Assembly (NCBI GenBank): GCA_002633005.1
Contig: NMRA01000284.1
Location: 268,978-332,977, forward strand
Direction of reading: 5' to 3'
Source of the DNA: Phoronis australis
Lineage: Eukaryota > Animalia > Phoronida
Length of the DNA stretch: 64,000 nt
Made by a program: the position numbers and the translations under genes. Position 1 is the first letter of the stretch; each line of letters begins with the position of its first letter. The notes under the pieces were generated by a model. It worked only from the letters and a program-made list of their open reading frames with translations. It ran no database searches and was not told the DNA's origin. Below, piece after piece: positions 23,522-36,992 of this stretch.

Positions 23522-26500
23522 TGTACTCAGAAGCCGAGTTGGCGTTTATCATTTGTATCTACATACATGTAACCGTGTAGTAGCAGTCGCAGTGACAGCC
23601 GTTTCACAAGTTGTCACATCAGTTCTATAACAAAATAGTACAATTTTCTGCTGATAGTACATATTAAACTTATTGCAACAAAATGTGAACGGATAGTGTG
23701 TGCACAGTGGCGACATCTTCAATTTGGTGGTTTTTACGTCTGCTGCAATGATTTGCGAAAAGATTGCAATTGCGACCCTAATACTGGTTCAACATCATGT
23801 AGATCAGGGTAGAATTGAGCAGCTATCTCGTGGCGAGAAAAAGTTTAAGAAAAACCACGTGCTCATTGACAATACACGACAGTCTCGCGTAATCTCGCGA
23901 AGCCTTGCTTTTTAGCGGAGTCCACGCGTTACCAAACTCAACCGAGGATTCGAGTTGTCGAGAACCGTGCGAGGTGCTTATGCGCGTGTACATGTATCTC
24001 ATTGTGGTAACTATTATGCTTATTTTATTGTAGAATAATTAATGTCTTCGAAAGTATCTGTCTCTTTCAATTTTGTATTGAGCAGGTAGGCTCACATATT
24101 ATGTAGTTTCGCTGACGCAAAAATATCGATAAGGAAGCCCAGCTGGCGTATGACATCATTTCGTCTGACGTGTCGCTTTTTGTTTGGTATTCGGTTGGCT
24201 GCGACGCCGGCGACAATAAATCTGTTATTTCCAGTTGTAGACAGTGTCCAGAGCTAGTGCCCAGGGGCAAGGACGTCTTTTCGGACAGCTAACTTGATTT
24301 CCTGTGTAAAGAAATGGCACCATGATATTGACGAGCTTGGTCTGTTAAAATCTCCGCCAACTTGTACTGTTTTCCTAGCCTCTGTTGGTGTCCTGTCACC
24401 AAGTTGTGGTTTTCCGACTCGGTAGGCCTATCGCCTGCATACACAGAGACTGAAAATTGTAGCCTACTTATATGTTTCTTGCTTTCACGTACACAGCACA
24501 CAACTTCTATCCTGTTGTGGCGCTCACCAGTTCGTTCTTTTGGTGGCTAATAAAGAATGCAGGAGACTCGGAAGTCGACGAAGACGAGCCGCCCTGCCTG
24601 TGCATCGTGGTCACAGCACCACGTCTTCAACGTTGCACGTGCTATGAGTTTTTGCAATCGAGTTGTAGACCTTGAAGTTCACATGTTCACTATGACTTCG
24701 TGATGCGGTAGTCCTGTAATGATTGGAAAATCAATTCATGTTTCGTGGTTACAGGAAGACTTGCTTGAGGTCATTTCACAGCATATTAATTAAGTTGTTG
24801 CTAATTCGTTCTTTAATACTACTGAATACGAATATCAATTTACTAAAATTCCATAAAATGACGGTAACAATATGGAAGATACACAGCCATTATGTCCTCA
24901 CATTCGACCCTTGATTAGGTCTATCAGTGAAAGGACACTGACTTGACTCGTAGGCATGAAATGCAGTGTTTATTGCAATTGCGACATAAGTTCTTCATTC
25001 GTTTCACGTGTCTTAGCATGGCAAGTCTGTAGGTCTACCTTGTGATTGTTTTTGAGACTTTGTGACCTTAAAAAAGGCTGCGAACGGACAATCATTAACA
25101 TGTGGTCAAGTAAATTACTTTGGTAACGGGGTTCAATTTAACTTAAATGCAAGATCGAGTAAGGGTCAAAGAACATCGCAAGATTGAGTGGTAAGCTAGA
25201 ACCTGTCGGGTTTTCTGGTTTTCATTATATTTTCAGGGTTTTCTGGTTTTTATTATATTTTCATTCTAAAGCTACCGCCAGCTGCTGGCTCCGAACTATC
25301 GGTTGGCAAGTAACCCACAAGCATTGTCAACTCTGCCCTCCAACCGGCTCTAAGGACCAACTTGTGGAACACCAGCACGAGGTCTTAGAAACTTCTGGCG
25401 AATTCCCTCTGTGCAGTAACGGGTTAACAACATGGCGGCAAAGGAAGTGGGACAAAATCTCTGATCTCGCAAAGGTTTATTGAAGCGGCTATTAATGAAA
25501 TCGCCTTCTGTCTTTTTGTATTCTACTGTAAAATTGGTGTATAGAATGACGCTGCGCTGCACTGGGGCCTTGTTAAGAAACGAGTAAAGAGTCTTGTTTG
25601 TGAATGTTCTAGGAATAAAAAAAAAAAAATGCCACGCAGGTTGACCCCTGTTTTGGTGCATAAAATGATAGCCAACTTATCGAGTCTCAGTGGGATGAGT
25701 TCCGTAGAAACAAGAATCTTGTGAAGGAAACAGGACCATCGCGTGCTTCACTTGCAATACATGACAATATTTCGCGAAGTCTTGGGTGATCTTGTGTTTT
25801 TGCGAGGTTCTGTATCTCGCCTACAATGAGAACGCACTCCTGATCTCAAGCAATAATGAAGCGTCACCACAAGACATTCCTACGCCATGTATCGCCTATA
25901 ATCCGAGTAAGGGACATGTTCCGACCAAATTTATAGCGGTGAGGGACTCCTAAACCAAAAGGTAATTTTACTAAAGGTGAATTTGTAACTGTTTGGTGAA
26001 GGGAGAGGTTTGTTACATCATAACTCGGGCCCCTGTCAGATCTGTGTGGGTTTCTCATAAACTGTGTAGCTTAGCTACATGGTAAATCCGGGATTGCTTT
26101 TCTCGACAAGTTCGGTGAAAATGTATTTCATATTTTCGCATTTGACTCAAAATCAAGAATAGACTTGCACGCTTTGGAATATGCCAGTAATTAAATCGAA
26201 ACTTTACACACTTGACGTGTGGAGTTTTTAAAACAGGTTCTGTAATTTAGCGACATAACTGCCTTTTAATTAACAAACTGTTAATTTTTATAAAAGGTAC
26301 ACATTTGTTTAAAATCGTATAATATTTGATTTGAGTTTTAGATAACCGTTAATATTTACCGATAAACTGTTGTTGTTCTTATTGGAAATAAAGGAGACGA
26401 CATTCCTGTATAGCCCTTGGGCTTACTTTCAATTGGAAAAACGTGTTAAGAAAAACATCAATAATCTAAACTGTTGGAACATCACTAGTGTCACACACAC

Positions 26501-26911
26501 TGACAATGTACAATGACAACCACTTAACTGCAGGCGTCAGAGTCCTGCGGGATCAGTTGGCCTACGCACGGCTTTTTATTGTATTAAAGTAGGCCAAGAA
26601 CTACGTAGTTTGCATAGAACTTCTAATATTTTTGCTGTCGGTTTTGCACTTAAAATTTTGTTTATTCCTTCATGTCGTTGTTTGTATTTTTTACTCCATT
26701 GGATTTGCTAGTCCTCCATTCATTCTCAGAAAAAACACCAATTTCACTTTTTCATTTTCAAATCACAAATCGACCTTTCCTAAAATGTTTTTCAATCTGA
26801 TCAATCTCAGTAAAAAAATGAAAAGCGATTTTGACTATTTGTCCTTTCTACAGCCGAGGTTCCAGTAAACTATCGGTTTAGTGAGACGACTTTTAGACAT
26901 GCGAATGGATT

Positions 26912-29900
26912 CTATACCAGAACCGCAGTGGGCATAATTTCCGGCGAAAGGGGTATCCAGCGCATATCTCCATTTGCTGCAATTGGAAAGAAATTGTGCA
27001 CCTCAAGAAAGTATCGAGTGATTCGATTGTGAATTCAGTTACTTGTATGCAGAGATATAGGTCCTGACTACCAAACAAACCGACGCAAGTACACTACTAG
27101 TAAATGCATGACCACTAGATGGCACCAGCGCGACATCGAGTTAAATGGCACATATTCACCAAAGAGAACACCACATTTTAAGATAAAGTGGGTTGCTTCA
27201 CCCGAAGCTTAAGATAATGCTTTGCCTCGGTTTTACTTAAATTCAGCTCCATTCTTTATTAATTGTTTACACGATATATACAAAAGGTCCAACATGGCGT
27301 GCAGTCATGTTCACGTGACGAGAGTGAGACAATGACGTCAGCATAAAGCGCGTAACTAATTACATGATTTTCTTCAGAAATGCTGCGCTTCAACCGATTC
27401 ACCTAATCAAAGAAATTCATTCCTAAATACAACAAAAGTGTCGGTGATAAAGTATCACCCTTGCGCACAACGAATCTTACCGACAGCGAATCGGTGGAAT
27501 TAATTCTAGTAACCTGAACAACGGAAACAAAGTAAATGGTATTCATGGCAGTTGTACACAATCAATGTTATTTAACAGAAGTTTATGAAATAATTAATTA
27601 GTATCCACACGGTCATAAGCCTTCTTCATAATCAACACTTTGCAAAGGTAGGCAAGATTTCGTTTTTTTCTGGTTCAGATTATAGATGCTAGTGATCAAA
27701 CGTGGTCGCTACATGACCTACCTTTTCGGAAACCGTTTTATCCCATAGCTAGCAAACTATACCTCTTAACAAAAGACGATGTCCTGCCATTCAAAATACT
27801 ACTATAAATTTTATAGACGCAAGAAAGTAGTCTGATTTCCGTGTAGTTTAATGGAACACCAAGATCCTTATTCGAACCTTTTAGAATAGAAATAATATTG
27901 GCTAACAACCACACTGACAGAAAATACCGCGAAATTAAAACCAGCCTGAACTAGTTCATACAGTGCATCAGCCACCGCGGTATGCTTTTATAGAACTCCG
28001 TCGTGAATATCGTCCATACCCAATCCCAATACGGTTCCCGAATTTTGGGCTGAACTTCAACAGTAGTGTGTGCATAGTATACACATATAACACACAACGT
28101 AGTCCTACAAGAACCCGGTACTCCTTACTTGACTCCAGACTTGGCCAAACCCATTGCTTGAAAGTTTGCTCAACGAGTGCAATGTGATGCTAATTTTGGA
28201 ATCTAGTTTAGAGAAAAGTTTGGTATTAATAGGCTTAAGTGCAGAAGCAGAAGATTAAAAGTCGACAGCGCCTGACGAAACGTAGGTGTCAAATTTTTGA
28301 GTTTGTACTGTGTAGTCACTGGAAACATATCCCATTCAGTTTCAACTTCAATCCGGGAGCGGTTTTAAAAGGTAAACGTCAATCTGTGATTGTTAAAAGG
28401 AAATGAAGCCCTGTTTTGATGACTTCAACCAATCCTCGGTCTGTCACCAGCTAGCTAATGTATCATTGGCGTCAATCGTGCAAGTTAAAGACAGGAATCA
28501 ACTAATAAGTCCCCCGTACCTCTCAAACTGGATATTAGGGTCCTTAGTGGGTGGTCTTTTCCCATAGTTAGCGTGTAATTTGCTAAAAGCGAAGGTGACA
28601 CTTGCCCATTTAGCAGACTATAAAGGAGTTTTCAAGTTTTCCTCCAAACTTTTGACGGTTGTCGAGGGTTACAGAGCATTATGTTGTTTCAGAGAATTAG
28701 ACGGGAAAGTCGTTATTATAATAGGCCAAAACCGGGTTTGGTATCCTTTTAAGCGCCCCCAGCAATCTTAAGATCTGCATTTGAGGTATGTAATTGCCAC
28801 GGGTTTTCCTGCACGTGTTCTTGTACATTCTTGTACAAAGAAATTTTCTGAGAACGTGTAGTGAAACGGGTCACGTTTCGAATGAAAAAAATATACGAGT
28901 GTATACGAAAATACAACTACTCCGCGTATTCGTTTACTTACTCTGTTGTTAGCCTGCTACTAGTCTGGTTATTTGCCGCGGTTGACTTCACTCGTCTTCT
29001 GATCAGCCACAGGATGAGGAAGACAAGACAAGGAAGAAATAAGATCAAACAAGTGATCAGTATGACGTAGCCATCAGTGTTGTCCGCGAAGTTTCCTGCA
29101 AGTAGGGTTGACAGTAAACGGAACCGTTCACAGTACTGAACATTATTTACCATGGCTGAGTTAGACGCAAGAATCTCGCAAAGTAAAGGAATTAAGCGGA
29201 GTATGACCACATGTTTCGCTTGTACTACATGGCAATATCTCGCGAAGTCGTGTGATTTTACGTTTTCGCGAGATTATCGCGGCTTTCAACTCGCCTTGAT
29301 TGACGTGAGCTGGATGCGCTCAGCCACCTTTCATTCCAGGCAGACCTCGTGTCTCATCGTCTGCGCTGAGTTTTAAGGTTGCTACTTATTGGAACCCATC
29401 TTTTGAAACAAACAGTTGATTTAGGACAATTAAGCTGTGAAAAACTGGTACGAAGGTGTTCTCTGAGTTTGGCTGGGAAGAACTAACGCGGAGCCGCTCC
29501 TGCACCGGACCATGCAGGCTCGGCCGATATGGTTCATCATGGTGGTCGGCATTTAATGCCCCAATAAGGGTGGCGGCTTGAGCACTACGACTCTGTTATT
29601 TCTTCCCAAACATCATTCTCCTCGTGTGAATTAATAGGAAATTGAGAACACTTTTGTGACGAAAAGTCATCTAAATCAAAGTTAGTTTCTACGATCGATG
29701 GCCGTACGCGGTTCATAGCTATATGCTATATAAGCACACGGTGCCAAAACAACTTTTTTCGCAAGCGCATTTGGATTTCCAAAGCAACGTTATCGCGTTC
29801 TTTTCCTTTGGTAGAACTGAAGTCGGTCACACAATGACACATGGAATCATAGATTATAGACAGCTGATAAGCAACTCAGACATTATCTTGCGTAATATCC

Positions 29901-32900
29901 TAGAGGAGCCGCCACTCTCCTAAATTATCTGTCTCAGTTTCCGGTTAGTGTATTGTGACCACACAACAGCCAACCATGATTAGCAGACGACGTAGGCCTA
30001 CTTGCCGGAAATAACACCAGACAATTTGGCTAGAAGCGTGTTCAACAGAGTGAGCAGGTGTCGCTAGTGAATATGACGTCATTGCTTTTGTAAGATCACA
30101 GAAATTCGTCGATTGAAAGTACAGGGAGTTGGCGGTCCATGTACTATAGTTTATGCTGGAATTCATCCAAAGACCATACTCGGCTTCAACGGCTGAAGCT
30201 ACTAACCCTCCGTGACAAGCTTAGTCTAGTGAAACAATTTACCAACCCTCAGTTCTCTTAAACCTAGAGAAAAACTTCTAATCTCGATCAGTGAGGAACA
30301 GACCGAAAAAAATTTGACAGTTTGCGACATAAACATCAAAAAATGCTTTTGATAGCATGCAGGCGCGAGTAAACTAGAACCATCTATCAAAAGCCACTAA
30401 AACAATTAATTGTCCGGGGTTTGCTTCTAAGACGGAACACAGGTTTGTGACAGGTTTAGCTTATTAAACTTAAACTAAGGAGTTTCAGCATATCGACGAA
30501 TATCCAAGTCTCTCAATTGTTAGTCCATTAGGCCTATATATATTGGGCACTTGAGCGTTAGACGTACCCGTAGACATTTCCGATTTCCGAGCAAGAAGTA
30601 ATTAGAGCTTTCATTTTCACAATGTGTGACATTACGGATTGCGAGATCGGGGATGTGCTCCATTGATCGAGCCGAGAATCTCGTGAAAAGGCAAGACCTC
30701 GCAAAATCACACTATTCAGTAAAAGGCGGTGAGTGTGCTTTGAGGGCTACCGTCTAACAAAATGGCGGCCACTGAGTGATTGGTCGGTAAAGTTGGACAG
30801 TTAGATTAGAGCTCAATAATTATTATTTCAATGAAAGAATTTGCTGTTTCCTTTCCATACGCTAAGCTTTCTCGCTCCAAGTACATGACTAGTGCCTCGT
30901 GTCTATGGAAAACTCCCTTGGTACACACAATTTTCTTTTTCGAGTAATCATGTTAACACTTGTACATGTACTTGAGATAAACTCAGGAGTGCTTTCCACA
31001 GAACCAAGTTCTCGCGGAAAGCGAGATCACGCAAGATCACGCAAAAATCACGTGTAAATTCAAGACGAGTGTTTCGCTGTAGTATGCTCGAGATCTAAAA
31101 TAGCGTAACGCAGCAAAATATTGGCGACATTTTCAAAAGGTTGGTCGGATAAGTTGGAATGTTACATTATGGGATAAAATTCATGGTTTCCATTCCATAC
31201 TGAGGGAAAGTTATTCACCGCAAATGCAAACTTTCATCTTGGATGTACGGAACGCGGTCCAGAATTCCTTGGCATTATGTAATTGGAACTTCTACAGAAA
31301 TGTAAGTTCACTGTCGTTGATTTGATTGAAGTTACTGGACTATTGCATGCGCGCACCCAGCCTTCAATATGGGGGAGGGCTCCAATTCCTAACGTTGTGG
31401 ACCTTTTCATAGCCGGCGGACTAAAAAACAAAAAAAAAATAAAAAAAATAAAAAAAAACAGGCGCACCACTAGGAATTGCACGTTTCTGCTTGTTTAGTA
31501 GACTTTTATCTCATTCGAGTCCCCCGAGCCCCCCTGGGTGCGCGCATGCATTGTAAACTATACCATAACACCGGCAAATGCTAGACAGGCCACATGGTAT
31601 TCACATCTGCTGTACAAAAGCCTACAGGCTCGTAATTCCATACCAAATTGTTTTTATGTGTTGTGCGTCCCGGGGGGTTATTCCATGAAAGAGAAATAAA
31701 GGACGTGCTGCTGAGATGACTGACTTGATCACGACAATGAGTTCTATTCTGACACTGGTCCCTATGGAAAGGTTCATTTTATCAGTTCGAAACTCTACGA
31801 AAAAGCTACTTTTACAAATACAGGAATTTACAGCAGAGGAGTTTTCGAATATTATCTTGTTGTGCAACAGATCAAGAATAGGATTCCTTGTTGTGCGGCC
31901 GTTTCTGGGGCAAAACTGTACGAAAAGATAGCTTCTTCACGAAAGCTCTCTACAAATGGACCCCTGCTGCACCCATCCCAGACACCTGGGGTAACTTCGT
32001 ACGGCCTTGGCAAATTTACCCTCGGAAAGGAACGTTATCTGCCTGTGCGTGAGCTTCTGTCGGGTCTAGCTTGAAAATCACACAACTTTGTGAATGACTT
32101 AAGTTAGCACATGCAAAGACAATGCTCGCCTCCAAGGGTATAAATTTGAGGCCCGACGAAAATGCCCGGTGTGTTCCGCGAAGTGCTCAGAGGCGAATTC
32201 TGAGACATTCGTTGGGTATTTCGTTATCTCAAATTTCCCCCTTAGAGGTGAATGTTAACTGCACATTTTTGGACTTCGGTCACGTGTCCATTAAGTTGAG
32301 ATATCAGTGAATTCGGCCCATGCGCAGATTGACCGTTCATCTCCGTAGGGAAACTTGTGGCCATGAAAATACTCTAGGTATTCCGGTTGATTTTGAGGCT
32401 ACGAAAACACCTGAGGTATTCCACATGGTGTACGTATATGAGCATTCTGTCTCATCAAATTTCTTCGTCGGACGGACAGTGCTCACATGCGAGAGCAAAT
32501 TTGAGGTTACAAAAATACCCCTGATATTCCGGATGTCGCAGAAATTGCCGCATGGAAGGTGTAGAACAGTGTCGGACTTTGTTAAAACTCTCCAATATTG
32601 ACCTGAGGCGCGGATTCAAGAAAATTCTGTTCAGGGGTTCCGAAAATGGACTCGTGCTGCATGAGATTCCCTCATTACAGCAGTTCAAAATAATCGAGGG
32701 GCCCGGCGGACCCCTGGATAATCACGTGACCGATGATTGTTGAACCATAAAATCCTTACAACGAGAGAAATTTCCCGAAGGAGAATGATGATTTACTCGA
32801 AATTGCCTCTGCGTCCAGATTGTGTGCCGTGCAATTAAACTGCCTTAGACCGCTTGACAAAACAACACAAAACCGTTTGCAAAATTGCTTATGTGGGTAT

Positions 32901-33884
32901 AATTTGTTATACGAGTGCGTCAACACATTCCTCGTAACTTTTGGAAATAATGTAGCCCACTGCCAATGAAGAACATTTTTGTAATTTCCTGAGTAAATCG
33001 CCCTGCGTTGTTAAATCAAACTTTGTTCGCTGTTGAATTATTTTTGTTTGCCGGGTTGTTGTATTTCTGTATACATCCGAGAAATGCTGTTCTAAACTAA
33101 CTCACCGAAAAGCCTACTAGTTTTGTGCAAGAGCTGGGCCACCGAACAACCTCTCGGTTAACAGCTGCACGACTGAGGCTGAGATCGGGCAACGACCTAG
33201 TAACGTATAGTAGCAACGAAACGATGCCGGCAGCAGGTACAGTGTGTGTGTGTGTGTGTGTGTGTGTTAGGCGCTGCGTTGATTCATACCGACGGACTTC
33301 CACGCCCAGGCACATAGTGGGTTGTAAAGAAGATCGAAAGTGAAATTTGTGGGCTCTTTTCCTGGGCTGTACAATTATAGACTGTTAAAGCAGTTCCAGC
33401 CTGCATTCTCCTGCGCCATCCGAAATAACTCGGGTATTTTCTCGGTAGTTTCAAGAAATTTGAGACTACATAAAACGTCTGACACTTCGGTGTGAGCTGA
33501 TGAGCAGAATTTTCCCGCCACACACGCCCGAAACGCCTTGACATCCACCTTACCTCACAATGCTCCAACAACCCGCCGTTACATTGTTATGGGGTCCTTT
33601 GATCTTTTCTCTTGGTGGACCCCTTTTAAATATTCGACCTCTCAGTACTAAAGAAGATTTTCAAATTCCCTACATTTTTGCATGAGAATTTACATGTCTT
33701 ATGAACCTCAACAGAACTATTTAATTGAAATGATTGATCAATGCTTCTCTGAGATTATAGGCCTACTTCTGAATTGTCAATACGTTGAAGTAGGATTAAC
33801 GGCCTCACCATCTGTGAGTATGGCTTTGTCACCATAGCAACAGTAACAACAGTATTTTATGACTATTTCTGGTTGAGTATAAGG
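26912..33884 (-). CDS. Putative single-pass membrane protein with an FN3-like ectodomain, built from small exons (5' end unresolved)
   Basis: Phase-compatible GT-AG exons: 31761-31644, 31291-31219, 30263-30243, 29095-28942, 28617-28520, 26976-26912(stop). Translation: DQCQNRTHCRDQVSHLSSTSFISLSWNNPPGRTTHKNNL|KFQLHNAKEFWTAFRTSKMKVCICG|LRELRVG|NFADNTDGYVILITCLILFLPCLVFLILWLIRRRVKSTAANNQTSSRLTTD|LLNGQVSPSLLANYTLTMGKDHPLRTLISSLRA|NGDMRWIPLSPEIMPTAVLV*. Weaker upstream candidates: 33884-33809, 33647-33554 and optionally 33196-33106 with 32069-32020. Minus-strand AATAAA near 26661 and 26575. Confidence 0.55.
27109..27127 (+). promoter_or_regulatory. Strong CTCF-consensus motif
   Basis: TGACCACTAGATGGCACCA matches the CCACYAGRKGGCRS core; sequence match only. 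Confidence 0.35.
31346..31548. mobile_element. GC-rich MITE, family B, 5-bp TSD
   Basis: TIR CATGCGCGCACCCAG / CTGGGTGCGCGCATG; flanks TATTG / CATTG. Other copies at 52213-52360 and 56697-56951. Confidence 0.8.
33242..33267. repeat. (GT)n microsatellite
   Basis: Read directly. Confidence 0.95.
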
Positions 33885-35010
33885 CTATGGCAAATTTATC
33901 TTTACGCTTAAAGTCACGCATGGACATTACCGTCGTGTTTGATGCAATCTAAAAAAGTGATGCACTGCATTTACGGTTTGTTACAGAATGTCTGTGAAAA
34001 CAGCACTAATCACAAACTACTCAAATAATTGCCGAATCACAGCATTGCTAAGTCAATAAAACGCTGAGGTAATTGTACATGAAAGAACACGCGATTGCCA
34101 ATGCATCAACAAAATAGAACTTGTGACATTTGTCTTATCTTGTTTATTGGCTTGCAGTCGATACTGGGTAATGCGACAAGCATTAGCAACCGCCAAGGGA
34201 GTTTAAATTAAAGTGAGACGTGCACTGCGAGTCTACGAGCTCGTTCTTGTTGTCACTATTTGAAGTTGCTACTATTTGCTTTTGTTTTAGTTTTGACACT
34301 TTCTGGAATAACAAATTCTAGCTCTATAATAACTGAAACGATTTTAAGTATTTTGTGACTGCATCAAGTCCCGGATGTAACTCATGATAGCCGGTTTTGT
34401 TTAGACAAACATCTCAAGTCTTGTTTTATCCAACGAGTTTGAAGTTGCGAAAGCAGTCAATGATATTGCCAATTTTCACTTTTTATGAGACAGCTACATA
34501 TATTTCGGTCTTGACAAATCGTTTCAATTGTTTAATTGAAGATTATACCGAATGTGCACTTAAAGCGGAGACTACCGTGAGTGTAGCCCACACCTTCTGT
34601 CTAAAGCCACTTTCGATTTAGGTCACTCTTGTAATGAAATTGGTTTTATCTTGTTCCTTATTGGACTACCAATATAACTGATTTCAAAGCTTGAGAACTG
34701 AACTGGCAGGTTTCCAACAAGCCAGAAATCCGCGAGCTGGGTCATCTGTTTGGGAGCAGTTGGTGCAAATGTCACGTGCAAGTTTTTGCCAATCACGGAC
34801 TAAGTCAGACGCCAGTACATCCTGAAGACATCGACAAGAGAACATGTATTAGCTCGGTAAATCCGAACGTTACGAACTCCATTATATCCAGTTTTCACTG
34901 GCTGATGATCTGATGATTTAGATCCTATAAAGCAGTCCATGATATAATGTCAAATCTGAAATGTACGGTGGCGCAACGATGACACGCAATTTTACTGACA
35001 TTTAAAAAGT

Positions 35011-35375
35011 TTCTGTTTAGTTTTTGCAGTTATTGATCTTTGTCACCCGAGTGGAAACACTACCAAGTGAATAGAAAACGTTACTCCCCGATTGAAAATA
35101 TTTCGATCAGGGTGGGAAGCATATTCACTCAGGTGGAAAACAATTTTACACGGATGGAAAAACAACTCACCCAGGTGAAAAAATTACCACCTGGGTCCTG
35201 GGTAAAAATGTTCTTCACTCGGGTGTTGGTGTTTTCCTCTTGAGTGGCAATGTCTTGCACCCGGGCGTTACTTTTTATGATGATTTCCACCTGGATGCAA
35301 AATTTTACCGCCCGGTTGGCAATGTGTCCCACTCAGGCGATATATAAAGAATGACAAAATGTAAAAACAAACCGT
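35011..35375. repeat. Degenerate array of about 14 palindromic CACYYRGGTG cores at roughly 21-nt spacing, between imperfect inverted flanks
   Basis: Cores near 35044, 35126, 35168, 35188, 35216, 35258, 35288 and 35330, plus more decayed ones between, with variable spacers. Flanks 35011-35040 and 35346-35375 are loosely reverse-complementary. Confidence 0.65.
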
Positions 35376-36992
35376 AGTCATTCAGTGCAGCGTTTTTCAC
35401 TCAGTCTGCAATGGTACTTTGAGCCAAGCATATCCCATCACCTATGTTGCACACACCGGCAAATGTAGCTTTAATTTGTCACAGTTCAAGGCGTGCGTCT
35501 GAATTAACAATATTAGATTACTGAGCACCAAGGTCAAATTTGCTGAGCGAATACATACACTCGTATCGTTGTGGTCTACAGTCACGTGTTAATTTATTTT
35601 GCAATAAAAACAAATGTGTGGATGGAATAGGTTCCGACGTTGATTCATTGTCGAAACAATAAGAAATTCAGGCAGTAAGTGAAACAAAAAAATCAATAAA
35701 CAGGAAACAAAAAGTGCGATACCGGCGTTCATTCCCGCTTAATCTGATTAACTGGCTCATTAAGTTTCTCAGTTGTAGGTAGCCATGTGGACTGTGTGCA
35801 GTTATTGTCAGCAAGATCTGATGTTGAAAGATACGGAGTACCGAAGATGAGCCAAGCAACCGTGAGGATTAATATCAGAAAAAGATGAGAACAAACAAAA
35901 TTGTAGACCTGCAACCGAGCAAAGCGAATATCTCGGCAATCTTGTAGACAGGCGGAGAGTCCAAAATTCAGAGCTACCAGAGAATTCCAATTTTTAAACC
36001 CAAGCGGTAGACTATGTACGTTTTTGTAATAACTGATGGGACGTAATATCAGTTGATAGTAACAACGTAAGAACAAATTTCACTGACATTTTTACAACGT
36101 TATTCTTTGTTGGTAGTTGGACAAAAAGACGCGGATTCTTAATTTTCAAAATCCGTTCAGGAATATTTTGCTGTACCCTACAAAGACACGGAGAACCAAA
36201 CGGAAAGATTCCCTACTGATCCATTAACCCGGTCCTAATATAATATATCTCCTTTCGCTACTTATTCGACAAAAATGAGCTTGTAGAAACATTGCTAAAT
36301 CGTCTTTGACCAGCTCGGGAATTTGCGCTACCTTCATGACCGACGATATGTCCTTTCTGTTGGCCAGTACTCCTCCTAACCGGGTCTAACTGCTTCCTAT
36401 AAGATGAAATTTGAATTTTGTGTACTCACGCAACTTTTGAAATTTTGCCAAAATGAATGCAGAATTTGACTGACCCGTTTGATAATAGTAAATCCGCTAT
36501 AAGCCATATGTTTAAGTGTTTAAATCATTAGCTTTCTCCAGAGGCGTATTTGGCAATGCCCTTCCAAAGCAAACGTTCGTGTTCTTTCTTTGACTTGATA
36601 ATTGTTTATTCCGTTGATGGCCATTCTACTTTATTGATGATCGCTAAACCCCCGTGACAATCAACTTAAGAGGGCCAATAACGTCATTTATTGGTAATTA
36701 TTTCTAATCTGAGTAACGAGCGAGATGACACCTACTTACAGCAGTTCGTGGCTTAAACCCAAACTGGTTTTTTAACAGAAGTCGCAGTCTAATCAACCTT
36801 TATGCAGTTTGCTCCGAAACGGCTGCCGCAAGAGGGAGTGAGGCCAGCTGAGAAAATCCAGATGTATAGTCTAGTTTTCTTAAAAATAGTGGAGCGGCAC
36901 ATTTATACAGTCAGCTATTGAAAATCAGGACTTTGTCACTTTTCATTCCGAACAACTGTTGTGGTGATATCTCCGCAAACATACACATATTA

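Noticed and set aside
24289-24449. Alternative terminal exon for the FN3/TM gene (phase-1 acceptor, 52 open codons)
   Set aside because: Phase-compatible, but it has no recognisable motif and lies beyond a good terminal exon with polyA signals; I cannot tell it from chance.
35040-35340. CRISPR-like repeat-spacer appearance
   Set aside because: Cores of about 10 nt and spacers of about 11 nt are far too short and degenerate, there are no cas genes, and the context is eukaryotic.
36430-36507. Minus-strand ATG exon (MAYSGFTIIKRVSQILHSFWQNFKSC, GTGAGT donor) as first exon of the FN3/TM gene
   Set aside because: The donor and phase are plausible, but there is no signal-peptide character and no independent support.
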